Assembly (NCBI RefSeq): GCF_000143415.4
Contig: NW_003314326.1
Coordinates: forward strand, 310,001-374,000
Reading direction: 5' to 3'
Length of the DNA stretch: 64,000 nucleotides
Origin: Selaginella moellendorffii
Lineage: Eukaryota; Plantae; Lycopodiophyta
Positions 1 through 11,849 of the stretch are shown piece by piece; within the stretch, counting starts at the first letter, position 1, and each line of letters starts with the position of its first letter. Below the pieces are notes generated by a model. It saw only the letters and a program-made list of their open reading frames with translations. It was not told the DNA's origin and made no database searches. The position numbers and the translations under genes are program-made.

Positions 1-336
1 CTTAAATTCCTTCTTGAATCCATATCAAACTTCATCTCAGACTTCATCTTAAATTCCTTCTCGGACTCCATCTCAAACTCCATTTTGAACTCGTTTTTAA
101 CACGTCACGACACTTGCTATATATCAGTCCTTCTTGTGACCCTTTTTAGAGACTTATTCACTGATTGCTTTATGCTTATTCCTTGAGCACTTTGTTCGAA
201 GTTCCACTCCCACTCTCAAATTTCTAAGTCAAAACTTTTGGTCCAAACATGTTACGTTTGTTGAACTTCTTCTTTGGCCACTACTATGTGGCCCCCTTTC
301 TACTCCACTTTGGGGCTCAAGGATTTATGTCTCACA
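1..336. mobile_element. Decayed, window-truncated copy of the right end of the solo-LTR family at 30634-32472
   Basis: Aligns by eye to about 32140-32472 (gttccactcc..ctctcaa, ggccactac, terminal gtctcaca) with many C>T/G>A changes. Confidence 0.85.
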
Positions 337-3300
337 AGTTCCTTACATAGTAGTGGAAGTAGAGGCTTTTATTGGTTCATTGGGTCTTGTAGACAAGCAT
401 TTAAGTCTATTCTACGGTGTAGTTTGTTTCCCCACCTATTTCTCTTAACTTCTAGCAGCTTGGTTTGCCATATTTCCTGGTGTGTTGTCTTTGAGAGTTC
501 TAGTTTTCACATGATTTAGCTAGTGGTTTTAGAGAGCTCTTCATCATAGATTGTGGCCAACATTCTTCTTGACTAAGCATTGGTATTTTTATGCTTTAAG
601 GCATTCATCTTTCCACCAATTTCCCTCCATTATCACATTTTTTCACACTTTCCACTATTGGGTAATACACTTCCATTCCATGGCAAAACTTAAAGGGAAA
701 TTTAGGGTACTTCTTGGAGGTTTGAGAACTTTAAAGGTTGTAATTTAGGTTTGAGTCTTAACTTGGGTTATTTTTCTATCTTTCTCTTCCTTCTTCTCTT
801 TTCTTTATGTTTCTTTACATTTTTCTAGCTTTTTCTTTCACTTTCTTCTTCTTTTTCATGCTGGACCAAGGGTCTAGTTTGACTACAAAGTTTTGCACTA
901 GGTTTTCCCTCTATTTTTAAACTTCACACTTTTCACTCTCTTTCTACAGTTACCTCTATTTGGCATTTATTTTCTCTTTGGCTGCCAATTTTACAGCTGC
1001 AGATCATGGGTTCTCTTCATATTAGGGGGTTCTTGATCCACCTAGAGCACAAATATTCTCTAAATATTCCCTTTAGGGAATATTCTAAGTATGGGAGAGA
1101 ATATTCTATATGGGAGGGTATATACCTTTCTTCTCTGTGACTTTTAACAATGATAAGGGCATGATGTATTGATTTTTTTGGCTATAGAAGATTTTGAGTG
1201 TGTTTGAGAGCGAGATGATGTGTAAAACACACACCACTTGAAGTACTCTTCTTGTGTTATAGTTCCTTCAGACTTGGTGCACTCACTCACACTCCATCTC
1301 ATTTCCTTGAAGCTACCTTAGAGTTGAATCAATCATCGTCCTTGCATTGATCAATTAGAAGAATGCCCTTGTAGTTTGCATATCACTATCGCAAGTGAGA
1401 TTATGAGATCCTTAGTCTGTTTACCATCAACCTTGGATCTCCAGGGAGAAGGATAGTTTTAAAAATCTAAACCCCAAATTGAGATGTGGATTATGCAAAT
1501 GCCCCAAGGGGAACACCATGGATTGCAATCTTCAAACCACCCCACTTCCTTTGACTTTTTGTTAAATCTCATTATTTAAGCTTATGTGGCAAAAGAGAGA
1601 AGAAAACATGATAGGGCAGGGAAATAGCCAAATGCTCATATGTGCTAGCTGTGCTTCTTGGCCTAAAGTATTAGCCACTTTCAAGAAGTAGAATTTTCGA
1701 AGTGTAAAAGGCTCAGTTGACTTTTGCCCTTAGGGCTCATACGGCTAGCAAATTTGAGTAAATAATCATTTAAAAAGGCTAAAAGTTGTAGCAAGCAATT
1801 ATGGATATGAGAATTTTAGAGAAAAATACCTATAATCATAGTCAAAGATATTGATTAGACTCTTGAAATCATTATCACTTTTACTTTAATGAGTTTGTAG
1901 CTACTTGGAATTCTAGTATTGAAATTGAAATTAATAAGAAGTGAGATAAATCAATTTTTTGGACATCAAATAAGAAGAAACAAAACATATCATGATGTTT
2001 AATTTTCAATGCCTCGAAGCCACTGCATATCCCACCTAAGCTTGTGTTACTAGATCTTATAGACAGTTCAAATGTTAACTAAATGCCTTCGTAGATATTA
2101 GGTTAAAACATGAATATACTTAATATCCATTCATATGTCGGCATATTTATTTTTATGCTTTGATTTGAATTTTTGATGTGCAATGATTATGATGATGATA
2201 AACTAAATTTTCCATGCTATAATTACCTATAAGCTAGTTTTCCTTCTAAGGATATGAATCTCTTGTCTTTATACTTTCAACCTTAAGATTGTTAAGTTTT
2301 ATATAAATTGTGAAAAATTATAGCATATGTCCTTTACCCTATAGTGATTTACCATAAAATAATCATGTAATGGAACATACACCCTTGGCCACGTGTCTAA
2401 AGGCAACAGAGTGAACCCAAATTTCAGAGCCTTGAACCATTAAACAAAGCAAAACTTCTAAGCATTCAGCCAATAAATAAAGGAATTAAAGCATGGAACA
2501 ACTCTCAAGTGTTCGGCCCAAGGAGTGGAGGGATAGGAGCATAGAATATAGTCTTAGAGCATTCAACATCTTAATGCCAAAACTAGCATACAAAATAGAA
2601 TCAAATGAAATTTAGCACAATTTCAACATATCAATGGCCTAACATGAAGATATAAATATTTCATTAACTAACATAGTATAGAATTTGAGGTTAGACCCAA
2701 GTTTGAGACAGAACAAAAACAGGTACATAAACAAGGAGCTAAATTATGCCTCAAGCTGGTTAGCCATGCTAAACCTACTCACTATCCCTATTATATATTC
2801 CACAGAAATAAGAAACACTTAAGTTTTTATTTAGTTGTTGATAGATCTTAATATTGATGTATTTTTTATAATTTAGGAAAAAAATGATGGATAGAGGATC
2901 ATGTGGACAACATTACTATAGCAATATATCGTAAATATTACATTACCTTTTTTATAAATAGAAAGATCTACTGAAAACTAAAGTGTTATATAACACTTTA
3001 TTTACAAGGGAGGCCACTTTATTATGCTTGTTGCCAAATTGTCAAATTGACCCATAATGTTTGTAGAATATCCTGAATTTGCCATATGGCCTATGTGGAA
3101 ATGTTCCTCTAAGAATGCAAAAGTGGCTTAGGTAGAGGCTAGATGCTACTAAATTCACTTGTTAGCTAGAAAGATCAAGTGATTGAATTAGAAGCCTTAT
3201 TCCATGTTGCAAAAGAGGAATTTTGCATGAAAGAGGATACTCATTCTAGCTCTAAAATTCTCTCCTACCCCAAGAGAACACTCTAAAAATTTAACAAAAA

Positions 3301-3480
3301 CACTTTTTAAATTCAAAGCTACTTTATTGCCACTATTTAATGATAGAGATGCTTACACATACGCTCAGGGCCACCATGTTGCCATTGGTAGGCTATGTGA
3401 TTTCTCACTTATTCTACCAATGTTGTTAAACATTATTAAACACTTTAAATGCTTCAACAAAGACCCTTCTCAGTGAGGTA
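337..3480. mobile_element. AT-rich block of heavily decayed LTR-retrotransposon remnants
   Basis: CpG-depleted and without long ORFs. Possible traces of a zinc knuckle (about 600-680, -) and RNase H (about 3050-3420, -). Hosts a solo LTR. Confidence 0.5.
2319..2804 (-). mobile_element. Decayed solo LTR, reverse-strand homologue of 28795-29349
   Basis: The reverse complement aligns with 28795-29349 end to end. Ends are TATAGC (decayed TGTAGC) and CCACA. Flanks AAAAT/GAAAT resemble a 5-bp TSD with one G>A. Confidence 0.8.
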
Positions 3481-4046
3481 GTTCACTGATGGGATCACTA
3501 CTGCTCCAGCCTTGGGTTTGAAACTTCTATTAGAGAGACTTTGAAAGTTTGGTATGTACCTATGGTTTGCCTTGCAGTTTTTTTATCTTGCTCAAAATCT
3601 CTGCAGAAACGATTTTTTCACCTTCGTGGTCTCGTCCGGTCATGATATTTTCTTGCACGTTGTGTAGTTTCTTTTGGCTATGGCTGCTGGAGCTCCAAGA
3701 GATGAGGTCAAGCCTCTGCTCCATTATGGGAGCAACAAAAATCATTCATGGATCGTTTCAAGAAAGCGCTTGTCCTTGCTGCTCAATTTCGCAGTTCCTG
3801 GCTTTCGCAGTCACACTAGTCTCTCGAAGATTTCAAAACACTCTCGCCCGGAAGAACTCTAATCACGTCCACCGACGGCAATCAGCCACGAGTCTTCCTG
3901 GCTGTAACAAGTGCTTTGCGGCACAGGGAGCAAACATCTACCAGGGTCATGATCGTAGTACTAACGAGAATTTGATCGTCACCTAGCTCGCAAATGAGCT
4001 CTCTTTTATTTTTATGGCTCCACAACTCGTTAATGCCACGAACTTT

Positions 4047-6201
4047 CTAGTCCATATCCATGTCTTCAAGATCTTGACGCTTGGCTTTGAGATCAGTAAG
4101 CATCTGCAGGTTGGTAGAATTAGCAGGAAGCTTGTAGATCTTGCACAGGGCCACGAGTCGACTTCGGTAGCCCTTTGTATCCTCGAGCATGCAAATCTCG
4201 TCGAGCTCTTGTAACGCATCAAGGAACTTACCCTCATACACCAGCTTGCGCTTACCCAACTGAATCTTCTCTTCCGTAAGATGTACTTCCGGACCATCGT
4301 CCTCACCTTGAGCTGGCCCGACACAGCCCAAGGCATCCTCCCAAGTTTCCGGCCGGTCCAAATCCACAGGAACAACACCCGCCAACTTCCTAGGGTTGAG
4401 CTGCGTAACATAAGGACTACCTTGCACTGGAACGGCCACCTTGCACTGCAGAACACCTACAAAACGAAAGAAAAAACTAGATTCTTTCAGACTCTAGCAG
4501 CACAAAGCTCACCTTCCACGGCTTTCTGAGAAACCTTTCCAGACACTCGGTATGGCTGAAACTGGAAGCCCGAGAAAGTGTCCGGCGGCACGAAAAACAA
4601 GAGGATGGTGTCGTCCTTCTCAGTATAGCCGGGGTCGTATTCCTGCCTCCAACGTCTCAGGGCCTGCATTGCCTGTACCAGATGCTTGACTGCCGGTTTG
4701 TGATCACGAGAAACCGTGGCCTGGCCCAAAGTGCGTGGCAACAGAACGAAGCCAAAGACTGCATTGTTCTTTTTCAGTGGTCTCCACAGGTACTTGGCAG
4801 CATCCATACCTGAAAACACAACAAATAACTATTCCGAGAACGAAGAGCTCACCAGCCGCAAGTAACGCATCTTCGAGATCTCCTTCATAGTAACGCAGTA
4901 AGAGACCGCCAGGGGATACAGATTCTACCCCGGGAGCACCGTGGCAGCGTCCACAGCGAAACTTTGGGGTATATATAACGTCCACCCGTACGCACTTGGT
5001 ATGATACCAGCTTAGACAAACCCCGCATTGGATCCTCTGAGCTTTCCCGCGCTCGTTCTTCTGGTGGCAAGCTCCACAGTAGGCGGAATCAATCTGCAAG
5101 CACAACTAAGTGACAAGCCTGAGACTTGAAAAGCTTTACCATCGGCAAGGCCATAAGGTTGTGCTGCAAAGCCTGACCAATTGCATACTGCTCGAAGACG
5201 AAACCCCGCAAGCTTGCGTATTCCTTGAACGGCTGAGTGGCCTCGAGAAAGCTTCTGATCTTATCCACGTTCCTAGTACACAGGTACTGCGCATACATGT
5301 TGGCCACCTTATCCGAGCAGAATGTGTAGTAGAAGCGTCTGAAGGATCCGGGCTTCAACGCGAAGTGAAATAGCCTCCACGACACGTTCTGCGTGGTTGC
5401 GGAGTTTTGCAGGATGGCTGTCACATTCTTGAGCTTCGTGTTGGCAAGGCACTTGCAAACGTCGGAAGAAAAATCCTCCTCGGTGAGGTTTTCAGCCTCG
5501 CGATCCCACAGAAACCGAGGAACGCCTCCAAACCAGTCGTATGCTAAGTCGGCAGCATCTACTCTTCGGTATATGTGCTCCGCTTTCACCGACAGGTTCC
5601 CATCCGGCCGAGGCATCAAATCGGCTCTCCTTTTCCAGCTTTGCACAAGAGCGTCGAACTCTTGCTTGTCCCAAACCGGGAGGTATCTAGTGTAAGTCAT
5701 GCGCAGCTTCCTCGCGGCCTTTGTGTTGCCCTCTTCTGGAGAGGCCGCAACCACAGCTCGAACTCCAAGCGTCCTGCCAGGTGCGATCTTCTGATCGATC
5801 AGGTGGTAGTCGACCTCGGTCGACTCGATTTGTTCAAGAGGGTAGTCTTTCTTGTCGATGACCCTGAGAGAGGAGCCATTGAAGTCCCAAATGTAGGTCT
5901 CCGATTCGTACAGGATGCGCGAGCCCCGCTTGTCGATGCCCGTCCTGATGATGAAGTACCACAAGAAGGCCGATTTGCCAACACCGGAGTTGCCATTCAA
6001 GTGGCACAGAGAGCAGTCCTCGATCGCCAGAGTTGCGACGATATCCTTGTAGAGGGCATCGAACACCTTCCGCACATAGAGCGTCTCAATACTCCTGTGC
6101 AAAGAATACCTGTAAACTCCTGCTTCCGGTAGCTCCAGAAAATTCCCGGCCGCGTAAGACTCACGCCCTCCAAGGAGCGCCCGCGCCCACCATTCCTCCA
6201 T
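4047..6201 (-). CDS. Crinkler/RHS-type P-loop NTPase + PHD finger + REase-like domain + SAP-like tail (4 exons, 669 aa)
   Basis: Exons 6201-5140, 5093-4853, 4809-4513 and 4456-4047 join in frame through GT-AG introns of 46, 43 and 56 nt. Motifs: LYVRK, Walker A GNSGVGKS, Walker B YHLID, VVAASP, YLPVW, FGGVPRF, GFVFE, C4HC3 PHD, QATVSRDH. Confidence 0.8.
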
Positions 6202-6687
6202 CGCCAGGGAAAAAAGCTTACGGCTTAAACCCTAAACCACACATTTTGTCAAAACGGAAGTTAGATTAACAAACTTCTATGGCTACATGAGCGCGGCTAT
6301 TTGAGGCTCAAAGCACGCAGGTGCCACATCCATGACCTAAATAGATATCCTTAATTGCGATCATGCTGTAATTTGCTGTGAAGTTATCAAAACTCATAAG
6401 CGAGTTGCCTGTATCGCACAAACTTTAGTAGAATTGCTTTCATGAAATGGAATTTGTCACCTGCTCAAGCATCTGATCCTGTACTAGTGGTGGAATGGTA
6501 ATTGAGGGAACTGGTACCGGCAATGGCCCCATGTAGAGCTTCAACTCAGTGCATGGAAGTCGAGGAGAAGCTGGTGTATGTGGCCTCATCCAGTGGAATC
6601 ACAAAGGAAAGTTTAATTCAACAAAAGGATGGAGTGAAGGGTTTCGAATGTATAATAAGGATAATAGATATAAATTTAATTTGATGA

Positions 6688-6690
<3 letters not shown>

Positions 6691-6752
<62 letters not shown>
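6691..6752. repeat. (AT)n microsatellite, about 31 units
   Basis: Directly visible. Confidence 0.98.
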
Positions 6753-6754
<2 letters not shown>

Positions 6755-6999
6755 CCTAATGACTCACAAAGGCTAAACAACATTGAAGGCACACTCTACT
6801 CTGACAAAGTGATATTTAATTGAATTCAATTTTACAGCATTACATAATCTCATAGGATAAATTTTAATAATATTTTTTGTTATACTGAAAAGTTCTTAAC
6901 AAAGGTTTTCTTTAGTTTAAGAGTGTCTAGAGCTTTTTAAATTAGCATATTCATGGAGCAATTTCAGGAGCTCCAGCTCCAAGAAGCTTTTCAAGCAGG

Positions 7000-8538
7000 T
7001 GTATGAAAGATGTGGCAGGCTTGTCTGTACCCTGGAGGTGTTTTGAGCACTATGATCTTCTCTTGAAACAACATGATCCAAGCATATGCTGAGATTGGCT
7101 ATCAAGATTCCGATCACATGCACAGAGAGATACTGTTGCGTGGATGGCTTATGCGCTGAAGGGTTATGGGAGACGTGAGGAAGGTTTTTTCGGACATGCC
7201 CGAGAGGAACGTGGTTGTGTGGAATGCAATGTGTCAAGATGATGCTGCGAATGGGTACCTTGAGGAGGCAAAGATGGTGTGGAGAAGACTCCTCAGACGG
7301 ACTTTGTGACTTGGACAATGCTTATTACTGTTTATGCACAGAATGGCGAGATAGGAGAGGCAAAGTTGGGGTTTGATGCAATGCCGGAGCGCAACGAGGT
7401 GTCATGGAACGCAATGGTGAACGCAAATGCCCAGAACGGACGTATCGATGCCACTAAGCTGCTCGTAGAGAAAATGATCTCATTGTATGGAACACAATCA
7501 TTCAAGGCCCCGAAGTTTGTGATGCGGAGAATTGTTTCCTTGGAATGCCCGAGAAGGATGTCATATCTTGGACTCTCATGGTTCCTAGATACGCAAAGAG
7601 CAGGTATAGGCGAAAGAAACCTTTGATGCTATGGCAGAGAGAAACCATGTATCGTGGAACGCGTTGCTCCAAGGCTATCGAGCGGCCGGGCATGGCACCG
7701 AATTGAGGATGACGTTTGAGAAGATGCCCCTCAAAACAATGTCGAGTGTCACGGTGGTGATGGAGTTCGAGTCGAAAATGGGAGAGATGGTGGAGGCTAA
7801 GCAAGTGTTTGACGATAATGGGATTGGTGGATCAAGCGTGGTTTCGTGGACAACCATGGTGGTGGCTTACGCTCACCAGGGCATGGTTGCCTGGAACACC
7901 ATGGTCCACCAATATGCCCAGCACGGCCATTACATGCTCGAGGCCAAAACCATCCCCCGGCGTGATGTAGTTTCGTGGAACACCGAACAATGGCGATCTC
8001 GCCGCAGCTCTCAAAGTTTTCCACACCATGCCAATGAGACACACGGTTTCCTGGAACGCCACGGTGACCATCTACGCATCCAGTGGATTCACGGAAGAAG
8101 CTCTCGAGATCTTCGAGCAAACTCCCGGCAGCAACAACACCATAACCTGGGGACGTGATGCTCGAGGCCTACACCGCGCGGGGCCTGGGAGAAGAAGTTC
8201 TGGAGCTCTTCCGTCCCGAAGAGGTGGCGTTCGTGAACATCTTAAACTCGTGTAGCCACCTCGGGCTCCTGGCGGAAGCTCGGCTCCAATTCCAGTCCAA
8301 GACCACAGCCTGGCTCCTGCGAGGGAGCTGCGTGGTGGACATTCTGGGCCGGGCTGGCCGGATGGGCGACGCGGAAGAGCTTTTAAAAGCCATGCCTTTC
8401 GTCCCGGACGAGGTGGTGTGGGCCTCCTTCCTCAACTCGTGCAGGATCCACAGTGATTTGGAGCGCGGGGGCCGAGCTGCCAAGCTCAGGTCCAATGACC
8501 CCAGCCACTATCTTCTCTTGGCAACCACCATATCCTGA
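7000..8538 (+). pseudogene. Frameshifted PLS-class PPR pseudogene
   Basis: PPR motifs (MPERNEVSWNAMV, CVVDILGRAGRMGDAEELL..MPF.PD) are split across ORFs 7279-7626, 7631-8158, 8028-8255 and 8155-8538. Confidence 0.85.
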
Positions 8539-8601
8539 TCTGAGCACCACCACCATTTCGAGTGTGTTGAGAGAGCTCCTCGAAGCTTGGAAGGCGAGCA
8601 A

Positions 8602-8674
8602 GGGGATGTAGCTCAGATGGTAGAGCGATCGCTTCGCATGCGATAGGTAAGGGGATCGATGCCCCTCATCTCCA
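8602..8674 (+). tRNA. tRNA-Ala (anticodon CGC)
   Basis: Acceptor stem GGGGATG/CATCTCC, anticodon arm ATCGC-TTCGCAT-GCGAT, T-arm GGGGATCGATGCCCC, and a Pol III terminator TTTTTT at 8681-8686. Confidence 0.95.
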
Positions 8675-11600
8675 CGCACATTTTTTGTCACTCCATACTT
8701 TTTTTTTTCGTCTTCAGCGTAGCATAGCATCTGCCAAACAAACGAGCCAGTTCATGAGTAGCCAAAGAAAAAGAAAAAGAAGACAATGGTTCTTCCATGT
8801 TGAAGTACTCAATGTTTGTTGCCAGACAAGAGAGAGAGAGAGAGATCGCCCTGGCGTCGATCATCTTACTGGGGCGAATTGGCCGAGGACGACGCCCGAT
8901 CCATCTTCACGCTCCGGCCCACACCAGAAACCCATGAGAACCTCACTCGGCCTCTCCACAAGGTAATCCGGTGAAGAAGAAGACGAATGATGGAGCTTCC
9001 ACCGACCCAGTTTATGAGGAAAATGATCTCTGCTCGTCACCACACCACGAGGAGGATTGCAAATGCAGCAAAGCCAATCCAATCCTTCTTACCTCAGCAC
9101 AGATTTCCCTGCCCTAAGCTCTCGCTGCTGCCGAACGAATCCCCCGACCGAGTGCCTCCGAAAGCCGGCGCCTACCCACGGGCACTTGATCCTGCAAGGC
9201 GGCGGCTGCCAGGAAATCGCAATCGCAATCGCCATCGTCATCGCTCAAGGACGAAGAACCCTAAAGCGCGCCAAATGCCGCCAAGAACCCTAAAACAGGG
9301 GAACCACTCCATTGCGCATTGATGAACGAAGCAGCGCATGAATTTGGCGCTGCCGCAGTCGATGACGATGGATGCGATGATGAGAGAGCGAATACGAATT
9401 GTTTATCGCGCAGCAGCCAGCTCTCTGGAGTCCAATTGAATGGAACAGAGCTTTCAGAGCCATCATCCACACATATATAAAAGCTTCCTCTGCCGCTGCC
9501 AATCTCTGCTTAACTGTTTTCCAATTTGTCACCATCACAACCATCAAGCTGCTGCCGCTACCACTGTGTGGAGTGGATTGCATTGCTGCCATTGCCAGCG
9601 GCATTACCTATATGGGCTAGATCAGCTCGCAAGCGATTGGAAATTGGATTGGAGCGGACCAATAGCAGTAGCAATTGACAATTTCGCTCAATTCAATGGC
9701 GCTTTCCACATCAATCTAAGTTTTGATTAGGGTTCTTCGTTGTCACCAACAAACAAGTTTCACGGTCAAAGATTTGAGAGGCATCCGTACGCCCCGGGGG
9801 TGTGACAGGGATGGGCAACGAACCCTGGCCGTCCATCGAGCTGGCCCTGGAAGGAATCGAACACGCGATCGGGCAAAATAATGTTGTCTGGAAAGAGATG
9901 TTTGATTTCTTTCTGGTGTCATGGTTCCTACACACCTGGCGCACTCACTCACACTCCATCTCGTTTCCTTGAAGCTACCTTGGAGTTGGATCGATCATCG
10001 TCCTCGCATTGATCGAATTGGAAGAATGCTCGATTGATCCTTGTAGTTCGCGCATCGCTACCGCGAGTGGAATTACACGAGATCACGAGATCCCTCGTTC
10101 GTTTGTCACCAACTTGGATCTCTGGGGGAGAATGCCATGGATTGCGATCTCCAAACCACCCCACTTCCTTTGTTCCTTTTTGTTTCGTCGAGTGGAAGAG
10201 AAGAGACGATGATCGCGTGCGTACGGAGGGCGAGCCGTTAATGCCGGTTTGTGGCCATGGTGGCTCAACACTCGCCCAGGAGAGTTTGTCCGCCACGTGT
10301 CGCGCATGTGACAGCCAGTACACAACGCACGTGGCCGCTTTCTTACCGCCGGCTTTTTTACCAAAGGTTTTTAATTTCCCCTTGTTAACGCTCCTCGTAC
10401 TTTTCTTACCGTAGAGCTCTTTCTTTTTCACCCTGCCAGTGTGAACGCAAGCAAGCGTAAACCTTCTTCTTCCTTCTTCCTTCTTTCTCTGGCTATGGCG
10501 GATCGCCTTCTCTCTCTTCTCCAACAAGTACTCTTTTCTCCTCGCGATTCGCGACGAAGAATTTAAAACAGAGCCGAGGGTTTTGTCACCGCATTGTTGT
10601 CGTTTGATCCAGCGGATCGACTTCCCCGAAGCGCTAAAAAGAGAGAGCGCACCGAGAGATCGATCGAGCTGGTTCTTCTACTACTCAGAGGAGAAAAGCT
10701 TTGGATTCTTGTGAGCGAGCGAGCGAGCCGAGGTCCCAGAGTTCTTGGTTTGTCGCATGATGGTCAGCATCCGAGGAGTTTATGGCAGGTCCCAATCCAA
10801 GGCTTGACTGCGAACACTAAATGCTTGCATCCAGGTTGATGATCCTTACGCTCTTGCTGTTCATCCATCGCTTTCTGGTTTGCTCCGCCTTCTCTCCTCC
10901 ATCTCGATCCTAGCAGCCGCAGGCAGCAGCAGCAGCAGCAAAACCTAGCAGCAGAGAGCCCTGGAGCTCTTTTTCTTTCTTCCCTGCCACCACTGCTTCT
11001 TCTCTCTGCGGATCATCCAGAGGTATAAATGCTCGCTATTCTTGCTTTCTCCGCGAGCAGCAGCAGGGTACTTGTCTCGGACTCTCTCAATTTCGCATTG
11101 CTCGGGCGGACGATGAGACTGTCACTAAATCGTAATACCGGTCACTAGGAAGAGCTCTCCTCCTCTCCATATCTCCATTTCTTCCTCGGCCGTATCTCGT
11201 TCGTTTCGCTGGTGCTGGTGATCGTCCAAGCTGTGGTGGTGTCTCTCTCACTCTCATCAATCACTCCTCCATCATCCGGCAGCTCCCAAACAAACCACAT
11301 TTGTGTGCGTGATTGGTACACTCCACTCTCTCCTCTGTGCAGCGCGAGCGCGCTTTTGACTGGCCGGGGCGGGCCGCGATCCATCTCAGCTCTCCGCGTG
11401 TCTGCTCCGGGCTGCCAAAAACACCAAAGTTTCTTTCTTGCTGGATCGATAGCTACCACTCCACGCCTCTCCTCTCATCGCCAAGATCACTGAGCTTTTG
11501 GATCGATCCAGTTTTCCATCATCCATCTATCCATCCATCCATAGCGCCGCGAGGACACGAGTCCAGGACTCTCTTTCTCTGATCATCCCTGTCACACCTT

Positions 11601-11849
11601 GTTGTCACGTCCCAGGAGAGAGTAGCCATTCTCACTCGCTCGCATTCTCTGCTACTGCTGCCTGCGTGTGCGCGCGTTGTCCAAGAGATCTATCATCCTC
11701 TCTCTCACCCAATCCATCGATCGCTCCCTCTTATCCTCTCCTCCCTGCCCTCCCTGCCACAAACGAACGAATCCTATCGCCCAAGATGGTGATTTGACAC
11801 TAGCCCAAGATCGGGCCTTGGATCGTCAACACATCCTCGAGCAAGCTCC

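Noticed and set aside
3549-3986. Possible partner ORF downstream of the NTPase-PHD gene
   Set aside because: Only short, stop-interrupted frames with no motif. I also found no TIRs or TSD delimiting an element around 3.5-6.3 kb.
6549-6776. ORF containing a poly-(IY) run
   Set aside because: It is a translation of the (AT)n microsatellite.
8861-9730. Cluster of short ORFs on both strands
   Set aside because: No recognisable domain or consistent splice model. At most a scrambled gene relic.
10700-11000. Possible miRNA, snoRNA or riboswitch
   Set aside because: No match to conserved plant miRNAs or TPP-riboswitch motifs that I recognise, and no convincing long hairpin or C/D box pair.
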